This document shows, in pieces, positions 9,493-17,002 of a stretch of 62,928 nt of DNA. Under the pieces are notes generated by a model that was given only the letters and a program-made list of their open reading frames with translations, did no database searches and was not told where the DNA came from. The translations under genes and the position numbers were made by a program. The stretch comes from an uncultured virus (IMG/VR IMGVR_UViG_3300048004_000231). Lineage: Duplodnaviria > Heunggongvirae > Uroviricota > Caudoviricetes > Crassvirales. The first letter of the stretch is position 1. Each line of letters opens with the position of its first letter. The stretch spans positions 1-62,928 of the IMG/VR virus record IMGVR_UViG_3300048004_000231; one strand, 5' to 3'.

Positions 9493-9913
9493 ATCCTTTG
9501 TTTATTAGTTCTTCTTCTATTTCTTCTTTTATATCGTCTACCATACTGCCATATGATTCTTCAACAGCGTCCATAAACGGGTGCCAGTCTAGGTCGTCAA
9601 TATACATATTATAACCTTCCTGTATTGCTTCTGCAATTTCATCTGACAAATCATTTTCGTAGTAATGTACATCTTCGCTTATACATACGCTATCAGGATT
9701 GTTAGTAGCGATGAACACCTCGTAACCGTCTGAAGTGGTTTCGGAGTAGCAATAAAAATCAAAACTTTTATTTGTCCACTGATCTGATACTTCGCATTCG
9801 TAGTGTTTTTCAAGTAAATTCCACGCTTTTGTTTCGTCCATATCGTGGTATTCTAAATAGCCACGCTTTTCTAACTCACTGGTTATCAGCTCGTCGGTAA
9901 TTATTTTTTTCAT
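9452..9913 (-). CDS. Highly acidic hypothetical protein
   Basis: 153 aa, D/E-rich. Confidence 0.7.
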   Translation of the reverse strand: MKKIITDELITSELEKRGYLEYHDMDETKAWNLLEKHYECEVSDQWTNKSFDFYCYSETTSDGYEVFIATNNPDSVCISEDVHYYENDLSDEIAEAIQEGYNMYIDDLDWHPFMDAVEESYGSMVDDIKEEIEEELINKGYERETDTITEATA

Positions 9914-10137
9914 TATCTATCTTCGTTAAAAATTAAATATATACTATCCCAGCTTTTTACTTCACACATATCGCAGATATAACCGAGCTGGCCTATGGTT
10001 AAGTCTACTACAAATTTATTTTCATTAAGTGCTTCCTCAGCGATTTGTGCTAAGTATGGCCACTTGTCTTTATTTTCAATTAGCTTTACTCTGTACTCAT
10101 CTTTGAGCCGCTGGTAAAGAGTTTTATATTCTTTCAT
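9913..10137 (-). CDS. Hypothetical protein
   Basis: ORF immediately downstream of promoter copy at 10144-10176. Confidence 0.65.
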   Translation of the reverse strand: MKEYKTLYQRLKDEYRVKLIENKDKWPYLAQIAEEALNENKFVVDLTIGQLGYICDMCEVKSWDSIYLIFNEDR

Positions 10138-10143
10138 CAGTTA

Positions 10144-10176
10144 TATTATCTATGTTTGTCCGTGTTTAGTTTGTAA
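10144..10176 (-). promoter_or_regulatory. Early promoter repeat 1
   Basis: TTACAAACTAAACACG-N10-GATAATA on minus strand. Confidence 0.75.
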
Positions 10177-10394
10177 ATTAGTTCTCGCACACCGATCTCA
10201 ATCATTGCGTACGCTTTATCACCTGTATCTTGTATTACACCCGCGTCCAACATTTGGTTCTCAAGTATCTGCCATATATGTTCTTTAACGTACTCTTCAA
10301 CGCCGTTAACTGTTGCAGTAATACCGTCTTGATCTTCGCCGGTAATGTTGTGTTCGTGTATAGCACGTAAGGTGCTCGCCATAGCTTTATCCAT
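10146..10394 (-). CDS. Hypothetical protein
   Basis: 82-aa ORF; its C-terminus YKLNT is encoded by the promoter repeat. Confidence 0.65.
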   Translation of the reverse strand: MDKAMASTLRAIHEHNITGEDQDGITATVNGVEEYVKEHIWQILENQMLDAGVIQDTGDKAYAMIEIGVRELIYKLNTDKHR

Positions 10395-10548
10395 CGTATT
10401 TAAATTTTAGTTTTACTGAATTAGTGTGGAATGCTTTATTATATTCCATTTGCAGTGTTCCCGCTTCTTTAGCATTGTCTGCCTCATCTATTACTTCTCC
10501 TTTGTATATCAATTGATACACACCTGTTTTATTATACTTTACTCTCAT
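10387..10548 (-). CDS. Small hypothetical protein
   Basis: Likely start MRVKYNK at 10548. Confidence 0.5.
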   Translation of the reverse strand: MRVKYNKTGVYQLIYKGEVIDEADNAKEAGTLQMEYNKAFHTNSVKLKFKYDG

Positions 10549-10858
10549 ATATATATTCTTTAAAAGCAAACAATAGTGCGGCGCTGTTTGCATTACCGCC
10601 AATAGACCACGTGTCTAATTCATATTCAGTGTACTCAGCATCATATGTTTTCCAGTCATATATGGTGAATATTTCACCTTCAAACTCCATAATCCACTCG
10701 TATTGTACTTTATCATCACCCGACCCAATTACGGTCGGCTTACCTAGTTTAGTTACTAAGTCTCGGTAGTATATACCGTCTAGGCTACCTATCTTAAAGG
10801 TACCGTTTGCTACGTCGGTGTCGTTTTCAAACACCTGGAACTGCTCTTTTGTTGTCAT
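10532..10858 (-). CDS. Hypothetical protein
   Basis: 108 aa; GDDKVQYEW...FTIYDWK...WSIGG pattern typical of phage early proteins. Confidence 0.7.
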   Translation of the reverse strand: MTTKEQFQVFENDTDVANGTFKIGSLDGIYYRDLVTKLGKPTVIGSGDDKVQYEWIMEFEGEIFTIYDWKTYDAEYTEYELDTWSIGGNANSAALLFAFKEYIYESKV

Positions 10859-10873
10859 AATTTATAATTTTAG

Positions 10874-10997
10874 TGGACGTGGCAGGAATCGAACCCGCGT
10901 TAATGTGTCAAACATCCTTTCTGCTGCTTGCCGATTAGCAAGTTTCAACTATTCGTCATAGTCTTAGTGGGAAACACATTCTAACCATTTCACGCCC
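10874..10997 (-). ncRNA. Mini tmRNA-like RNA (tRNA-Ala-like domain, 124 nt)
   Basis: Acceptor GGGCGTG/CACGTCC-A with G3-U70 and A73, T-arm GCGGG-TTCGATT-CCTGC, stemless D-loop, helix AATGTGT/ACACATT enclosing ~65 nt with two hairpins; followed by CTA rather than CCA. Confidence 0.7.
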
Positions 10998-11046
10998 AGT
11001 TTAGACCTGCCGTGTCATCTCCTCCCTGAGTACACACGGCGACAGT

Positions 11047-11235
11047 CTATTTACGTCGCCAAGATCGGTGCACTGCTGCACTTGTGGCTTGACTGACGAT
11101 TTGAATTGTGTTACCGGTCTTGTGTGCGATAATGGGTACGTAGCTGTACTGCTCAACGTCGGAGCAAGTTATGCATTTTTTATACCCGAGGTTTACTCGC
11201 CCGGCCGGTATTATATTGTTACAAGAGCACCGCAT
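11047..11235 (-). CDS. DksA/TraR-type C4 zinc-finger-like protein
   Basis: CSC...IPAGR..LGY..CITC pattern. Confidence 0.6.
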   Translation of the reverse strand: MRCSCNNIIPAGRVNLGYKKCITCSDVEQYSYVPIIAHKTGNTIQIVSQATSAAVHRSWRRK

Positions 11236-11432
11236 TACTTAGCAATTGAATCGGTTAAGTCGAACTCACTTATCCAAGTATAACCTTTGGCATTGAACCA
11301 AGTGGTAATGGGCTCACGTTTGTTGTGTATAGCAAAGTTTGGTGGCATTTCGCCTACTCGGAAACCGATGAAGCGTGTGTGGTTAAACTTTACTCGTGGT
11401 CGTTTACTGAACTTTGTTACTTTTATAGTCAT
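11235..11432 (-). CDS. Hypothetical protein
   Basis: First ORF after promoter repeat 2. Confidence 0.65.
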   Translation of the reverse strand: MTIKVTKFSKRPRVKFNHTRFIGFRVGEMPPNFAIHNKREPITTWFNAKGYTWISEFDLTDSIAK

Positions 11433-11458
11433 AATTAAGTTTTTAAATGTTACAAATA

Positions 11459-11491
11459 TATTATCGACACTCGTTCGTGTTTAGTTTGTAA
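11459..11491 (-). promoter_or_regulatory. Early promoter repeat 2
   Basis: TTACAAACTAAACACG-N10-GATAATA. Confidence 0.8.
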
Positions 11492-11704
11492 TTATCCTTT
11501 CTCTGTACCCATAAAACCCGGTAACTTTTCTAAAGGATTTTCACTAATTATTTCACTGTCTTTGTGCACCATCCATTCTATATTGCTTAGCTCATAGCCT
11601 TCGCGGTCTAGAAAAGCTTCGTAATCTTCACTGGCATGCTCGTGTGCCCCAACATTGTGCTGGTATACTCTACCATCTTCAAAATTTAATACTGTTATAT
11701 ACAT
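11492..11704 (-). CDS. Hypothetical protein
   Basis: 70-aa ORF. Confidence 0.6.
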   Translation of the reverse strand: MYITVLNFEDGRVYQHNVGAHEHASEDYEAFLDREGYELSNIEWMVHKDSEIISENPLEKLPGFMGTEKG

Positions 11705-12123
11705 TACTCTTCTTTTTTAATTATCTCTAATATCTCTTCGTAGGTTAACTGACCTATCTCGGCTTGTGTGTATCCATAGTCTAGTAAACGATTACTCAAC
11801 TGATACATCTGTTCTGCGTAATACTGATTCATTTGTTTAAATTTATTAGTACTTGTCTTTCTCTCATTGCTTTGTACGTGTCACTGATAAGCTCACTTCG
11901 CTGTTCACTTGTAAGACCGGCAATGTAGCTAGTGTTGTACCTTTCTTTTGCTAGCTTATGTAGGTGGTCATAATAGTTTATACGTTTCATAATTACCTAA
12001 ATTTATCCGCTAGTTTTTTTATCTCTACTTTATCTTCGCTATCTAAGCCTTCGGTGAGGGCAGCATAGCGTTGTAATACGTGGTGTACAAATGTACAATC
12101 ACCTTCCGTTAGTTTAATTTTTT

Positions 12124-12324
12124 TCATAACTCGTTATTTTCAATTATGTTCTCAATCTTATCTTCCATATCTATAATATCCCTAGCTAGTTCTAGTATAG
12201 TTTCAAGACCGCGCCGCTCACGGGCACTAAGGTCTACATCAACATCGCAATCGAATAGTGTATCGACTACATCTTGCATATCGTTTGAGGTATTCTCATA
12301 CCTGCAATAACTCATATTTGGCAT
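12124..12324 (-). CDS. Hypothetical protein (NMSYCRxENT type)
   Basis: MPNMSYCRYENT start; first ORF after promoter repeat 3. Confidence 0.7.
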   Translation of the reverse strand: MPNMSYCRYENTSNDMQDVVDTLFDCDVDVDLSARERRGLETILELARDIIDMEDKIENIIENNEL

Positions 12325-12352
12325 AGTATTGTGTTTTAAATTGTTACATTAT

Positions 12353-12385
12353 TATTATCGTTCGGTGTTCGTGTTTAGCTTGTAA
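12353..12385 (-). promoter_or_regulatory. Early promoter repeat 3
   Basis: TTACAAGCTAAACACG-N10-GATAATA. Confidence 0.8.
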
Positions 12386-12387
12386 AG

Positions 12388-12495
12388 TTATTCTTCACTT
12401 ATGTCGTCAAACTCCGCCCATTCTAAACAAACCGCACATAACTCGGGGCTTATATAGCTCGGTGATGCACCGCAGCAATTACTTACTAATTCCAT
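12388..12495 (-). CDS. 35-aa Cys-rich microprotein
   Basis: Manual translation MELVSNCCGASPSYISPELCAVCLEWAEFDDISEE. Confidence 0.6.
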   Translation of the reverse strand: MELVSNCCGASPSYISPELCAVCLEWAEFDDISEE

Positions 12496-12511
12496 ATCTT
12501 TACTTATTTAA

Positions 12512-12760
12512 TTATTTTACATTTCTTTTTACCCACTCTACACAATATTGGTATCGATCAGCGGGGTTAGGTATTAACACTCTAGTATAGTACTTGTACT
12601 TACTATTAGGTGGGGTATAACTAGTTTTCTTATTGATTTGGTATAGTCGATCACCACCGTAGTCTATTCTTACATAACCCGAGGTGTAGTTTAATAAAAA
12701 CCTACCATCACTTAACGCAAACTTTAACGTACCCTTCTTACTTATATCTATTAGCTTCAT
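12512..12760 (-). CDS. Hypothetical protein
   Basis: 82-aa ORF. Confidence 0.6.
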   Translation of the reverse strand: MKLIDISKKGTLKFALSDGRFLLNYTSGYVRIDYGGDRLYQINKKTSYTPPNSKYKYYTRVLIPNPADRYQYCVEWVKRNVK

Positions 12761-12764
12761 AACT

Positions 12765-12962
12765 CTACTTATTTATTTTATCCTCTACTTGTGTTAACAA
12801 ATCTAAGTATAGTGCTCGCATATCACTTTCACCGTCCCAATCACACTCGTCTGCTACATACTCATATATTCTCATTGCCGTACTAGCCCAACCACTTGAC
12901 TCTTTAAAATCCGCATAGTAATCAACGGTATAGGGGTCGAAATAAAACTTATATTCACTCAT
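12765..12962 (-). CDS. Hypothetical protein
   Basis: Likely start MSEYKF at 12962, downstream of promoter repeat 4. Confidence 0.6.
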   Translation of the reverse strand: MSEYKFYFDPYTVDYYADFKESSGWASTAMRIYEYVADECDWDGESDMRALYLDLLTQVEDKINK

Positions 12963-12986
12963 CTTAGTTGTTTTTAAATTCATATA

Positions 12987-13019
12987 TATTATCTTCACCG
13001 AGTCGTATTTAGTTTGTAA
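12987..13019 (-). promoter_or_regulatory. Early promoter repeat 4
   Basis: TTACAAACTAAATACG-N10-GATAATA. Confidence 0.8.
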
Positions 13020-13095
13020 TAAAAGTAGGTACAGTGTTTAGTAGAAAAAAAGTAGGGATAGGTATAACACCACACCTCTGAGTGTAGGAAAGTTA

Positions 13096-13149
13096 AAAAG
13101 TGTGACATTAGGTAGCTAATATATTAAATATAACAGGCTAGTGTCGCAC
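13096..13149. promoter_or_regulatory. Palindromic operator-like element, copy 2
   Basis: GTGTGAC ATTAG...CTAGT GTCGCAC (36-nt spacer); aligns with reverse complement of copy 1. Confidence 0.65.
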
Positions 13150-13266
13150 TATACGCTACTAATCTCTTGCTTACCGATCTGTTCTTTGCGTTACTTTACC
13201 GCACTTTGCTATACATATGCTATACACACTCGCGGTGAGTGCGTTACTCCGGTAAGGTGTGAAATC

Positions 13267-13518
13267 TTATTTTACTAAGACCTCATCACCTAACTCTCTT
13301 ACAAACTTAGGTAGTGCAAAAGTTTGAGAGTAGTACTTGTACTTTTGAAAACACTTCATGTTGTCAAACCTTTCTTTACATAACTCATATACTTTGTCAT
13401 GTGAATACTTATGTACTTTACCGTCATAGTCGGTGAATGTTACTACTATTCCTTTACCTATTAGTGTTTTTCTAATGATAAATCTTTTACTTACTAATGT
13501 GTTTACTTTTGTTTTCAT
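13267..13518 (-). CDS. Early protein, paralog A
   Basis: Near-identical to 14089-14340; likely start MKTKVN. Confidence 0.8.
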   Translation of the reverse strand: MKTKVNTLVSKRFIIRKTLIGKGIVVTFTDYDGKVHKYSHDKVYELCKERFDNMKCFQKYKYYSQTFALPKFVRELGDEVLVK

Positions 13519-13542
13519 ATTATTAGATTTTAAATTCATATA

Positions 13543-13575
13543 TATTATCTTCTTTACTTCGTATTTAGTTTGTAT
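13543..13575 (-). promoter_or_regulatory. Early promoter repeat 5
   Basis: ATACAAACTAAATACG-N10-GATAATA. Confidence 0.8.
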
Positions 13576-13850
13576 TTTTCAATTTCTATATCTACTAAAT
13601 CACTTATTTGATCTTGTGTGAGGTGACTATACTCTTGTATAAAGTCAGTGTAAATTTCCTCTCTTAATTCTTGTAAGTCCATATTGTTAGTTATTGTATT
13701 TTGTTATTAGTTTCAAGTATAGAATCAATTTCTTGTTGAGTTAGGTTAAGTACTTTTTCATTTTCAAGATAGTAGAAGAAAGCTTTTGTAATATTAGTGT
13801 AGTCAGATTGTGTTAATGTGATTGTTTTCATATTATTTGTTTTACATTTA

Positions 13851-13883
13851 TATTATCTAAGTAAGGTCGTGTTTAGTTTGTAA
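13851..13883 (-). promoter_or_regulatory. Early promoter repeat 6
   Basis: TTACAAACTAAACACG-N10-GATAATA. Confidence 0.8.
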
Positions 13884-14088
13884 AAGATCTTACAAGTAGA
13901 GTACGGTGAAAATGCTATACGCGTTGCTATACACGCCTCCGGCGTTATGCCTTCGGCTTTGTATCAGACCCTGAAGTTAGGATCCGTGATCAAGCTTACG
14001 ATAGCGAACACTATCCCTGAACCCGCCAGGGCCAGATAAGCACCGATGACTGCACCAGTGATTATCTGCTTGTGACTGAAGCGACGCA

Positions 14089-14340
14089 TTAGATTACGTC
14101 TGCTTTATCCATTTCACGTACGAACTTAGGTAGCGCGAATGTTTGTGAATAATACTTGTACTTCTTGAAGCAGTTCATATTATCGAAGCGCTCTTTGTGG
14201 TACTCATACACTTTATCGTGATTGTACTTGTGTACTTTGCCATCGTAGTCCGTGAAGCTTACGATTACTCCCTTACCGATTAAGGTCTTGCGGATGATGA
14301 ATCTTTTACTAATTAACGTGTTTACTTTATTCTTACTCAT
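14089..14340 (-). CDS. Early protein, paralog B
   Basis: SKRFIIRKTLIGKG...YSQTFALPKFVRE shared with paralog A. Confidence 0.8.
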   Translation of the reverse strand: MSKNKVNTLISKRFIIRKTLIGKGVIVSFTDYDGKVHKYNHDKVYEYHKERFDNMNCFKKYKYYSQTFALPKFVREMDKADVI

Positions 14341-14369
14341 AATTGTTATATTTAATTGTTTTACATTTA

Positions 14370-14402
14370 TATTATCTACTATACTTCGTGTTAGGCTTGT
14401 AA
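14370..14402 (-). promoter_or_regulatory. Early promoter repeat 7
   Basis: TTACAAGCCTAACACG-N10-GATAATA. Confidence 0.75.
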
Positions 14403-14870
14403 TACTTCGTGGCCGATGATCTTGCTCTCAAGCTGATGATGCGACATGAAGCGGAGGTAGTTGTCCAGGTGTGACTGACTCTGGAAGAGCTGCACGCGGC
14501 TGCTGTAGTTACCCAGCCAATTCTTTTTATCGATGCGCACTAACATCTGTTCCACATTATTCCGTTATACATTGACCCGACCAGGTTGTTGTACATATCT
14601 TCCAGCTCACTGGTATCCCAGGCACTTAGGTCGATTGGGTTCCCTAGCTCTGATTCGATTTCTGTGATTAGCCACTCGCGGCTTGGTGATTCGTAACTCA
14701 TATTAATTAAATTTATATCTGATTATATTAGACTGCAAATCTGATAACGCTTGCACTGCTGCTTCGTTAGTTACGTTGCCGAGCAGATACTGGTTTAGCT
14801 CGTCGATCGTTGCGGTTATTTCCGCTTTTAAATTTATATCGTACATAGTATTAATTTTTATATTCGTATA

Positions 14871-14903
14871 TATTATCTAGAATAGTACGTATTAGATTTG
14901 TAA
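14871..14903 (-). promoter_or_regulatory. Early promoter repeat 8
   Basis: TTACAAATCTAATACG-N10-GATAATA. Confidence 0.75.
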
Positions 14904-15157
14904 ATGCTATACGCGCTACGCTGCGCTGCGCTCTGCTATGCTGCCCAGGGAAAAGCCTAAATCCCGCAGCAGGTTTCGCTACGCGGTCCGCGATAGTTTA
15001 CAGTACGGCACGCTGGTTCCTGGTAACCCAAGCCGCAAATCCTGGATCGGCACGGGGGCTGGCAAAAAGATTTAGCTTTAGTTTAACGCCGTTGTCGTGT
15101 AAAATGTATATGCAACCCATTACCTCTATTCATCTCAAGGGTGTAAAAGGTTCCCCT

Positions 15158-15206
15158 GTGCGACGATAGGGTGTTAAGTATATTTAGTAAGAGGCTAGTG
15201 TCGTAT
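15158..15206. promoter_or_regulatory. Palindromic operator-like element, copy 3
   Basis: GTGCGAC-N35-GTCGTAT, core TTAAGTATAT..AGTAA.AGGCTAGTGTC; just upstream of first plus-strand gene. Confidence 0.55.
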
Positions 15207-15241
15207 TGTAAGAAAATACAACTATCTGTAATATAATATGT

Positions 15242-15478
15242 ATGGCAAAACAGAAACTATCAGCTGAAGCCCGAAGACGCAAAGCGGTTCGAGATTTAAA
15301 GTATGCAAATAGCGCTAGAAGAAGGCGTATGCGTGCAGAGAATCAAAGATTAAGAAGAGCTGCTATAAAAGCAGGTGTAAGTATTGCTGGTAAAGATTAC
15401 GATCACAAAGATAAAAAATTTAAATCGGTTAAGCGTAACAGAGGAAACGATGGTAGCGGAACTAAAAGAGAAGGATAA
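15242..15478 (+). CDS. Small basic protein, possibly minimal HNH-like
   Basis: R/K-rich; GKDYDH...S..RNRG pattern. Confidence 0.6.
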   Translation: MAKQKLSAEARRRKAVRDLKYANSARRRRMRAENQRLRRAAIKAGVSIAGKDYDHKDKKFKSVKRNRGNDGSGTKREG

Positions 15479-16596
15479 TGGCAAGAATAGAAACATATGT
15501 ATTAGATACGGTTTTAAACGCGTCTGATAAGCTAATAGGTACAGATGCAGCGCAGGGTGCAAACAATGCTACTAAAAATTTTACCGTTGGTACATTAAAA
15601 GAATTTATAAATACAGGAGTGCCAGATCCCACAGATCCAACCGATACAGTTAACCAAGGCTACGTTGCAGATAATGTTGTAAACGGTGGCTCTATTTCAG
15701 GTGGCAATTTAACATTAACAAGAACGGGGGAACTAGATGATGTTGCAATTGATGGGTTATTTAGTGGAAACGGTACAGAGACTCAAATAGCTATATTTAG
15801 CGCTACATCAACAATAACTTCTACACAAGCCGTAGCTGTAAATAGTTCTAGCCAAATAATAATGGAGGTATTGCGTAGTAGTAATTCTTACGCAGACGAC
15901 ACGGCCGCTTTAGCTGGGGGCGTTCCATACGGTGGGTTATATAGAACAGGTAGTACTGTTAAAATAAACTTGCTCGAAAGTGCTCCCGTATCAGAGTCTA
16001 GTGCTGATGTGTGTGGTATAGAGTTTACTACAGTTAATACATCAATAACAGCTGTTACATCTGGGCCGGATATAGTTATTGCTACAGACGCTAGTGATTG
16101 GGATTCAAAAATTAGCCAAAGTATTCCTGCCGCGGCTTATTATAATTACGATATTGCTAACGCAGAAAGAGGTTTATATTATAATATATACGCATTTGCG
16201 GTTATCCAACCCCCAACAGGGTTTAGGAAACCTGATGTATATGACATTACAACTCTTATAAACAGCCCGTGTTCTGATACTTCTTTAAGCCCTGCAAACC
16301 GCAACAGTCTTGCGACATCAGTTGGGACAGGCGGTTGGAATGAAAGTCTTTTTACTAATACGACTAATAGAGGAAACAGCGGGCTAGACCTTAGGGGTTA
16401 CGGATATTATGGCAATAATGGAACTTTTGATGAAAATCAAAGTCAGGGTGCGTTTTTTTATTCCGGGAATAGCGTGTCTCAGGCTGCTGTAATAGGGGAT
16501 ACTGATAGTAATGCTTATATGACGTCCTTTTCTTACCAGCTACCGGCAGACTCTAACATGGGCTTTAATATAAGGTTTTGTAAAGACACACCTTAA
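15478..16596 (+). CDS. Putative virion protein with C-terminal Fib_succ_major-like domain
   Basis: N-terminal MARI.TY..D...DKLIGTD...TKNF; C-terminal GLYYN.YA...PPTGFRKP...GFNIRFCKD. Confidence 0.65.
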   Translation: MARIETYVLDTVLNASDKLIGTDAAQGANNATKNFTVGTLKEFINTGVPDPTDPTDTVNQGYVADNVVNGGSISGGNLTLTRTGELDDVAIDGLFSGNGTETQIAIFSATSTITSTQAVAVNSSSQIIMEVLRSSNSYADDTAALAGGVPYGGLYRTGSTVKINLLESAPVSESSADVCGIEFTTVNTSITAVTSGPDIVIATDASDWDSKISQSIPAAAYYNYDIANAERGLYYNIYAFAVIQPPTGFRKPDVYDITTLINSPCSDTSLSPANRNSLATSVGTGGWNESLFTNTTNRGNSGLDLRGYGYYGNNGTFDENQSQGAFFYSGNSVSQAAVIGDTDSNAYMTSFSYQLPADSNMGFNIRFCKDTP

Positions 16597-16697
16597 TAGC
16601 TAAAATCGTAAATTATAATTAATTTAAGTGAGTATATAAAATATACCCGGCCCGGGTAGGGCGACCAATTAATAACTAACATAAAAACCAAAACCAA

Positions 16698-16979
16698 ATG
16701 ACATACTATTATTACCAAAGTACGACTACCTCAGATGGTAGCGTATCCGAAGAAACCAGAAAACTTTGGGAGCATATCTCCGATAAGTCTAACTGGCGCA
16801 TAGTTCAGCTACCGAATGGGTATTACCAAGCTGAATACAACAAAGAAGGTGAGTGGGTTGATACCACCCGCCGTGAAACAGAGCAAGGAGCAGAAACCGC
16901 AATTGATGCATCGATTGAGCATTATAAAAAGCGATTAGCGTTTGCCAACGGCCCTGTAGTTGTAAAAACATTCGAATAG
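16698..16979 (+). CDS. Hypothetical protein
   Basis: 93-aa ORF upstream of groEL. Confidence 0.75.
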   Translation: MTYYYYQSTTTSDGSVSEETRKLWEHISDKSNWRIVQLPNGYYQAEYNKEGEWVDTTRRETEQGAETAIDASIEHYKKRLAFANGPVVVKTFE

Positions 16980-17002
16980 TATAATAATATCAATTTAATT
17001 AA

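Noticed and set aside
10874-10997. Ordinary tRNA
   Set aside because: No D-stem and no 7-nt anticodon loop; the ~65-nt insert fits a tmRNA-like layout better.
10144-14903. CRISPR array or plus-strand Bacteroidota TAnnTTTG promoters
   Set aside because: Spacing is irregular (hundreds of bp, with genes between). Only one copy fits TAnnTTTG, and all adjacent genes are on the minus strand.
15478-16596. Diversity-generating retroelement targeting the Fib_succ_major domain
   Set aside because: No reverse transcriptase and no template repeat seen.
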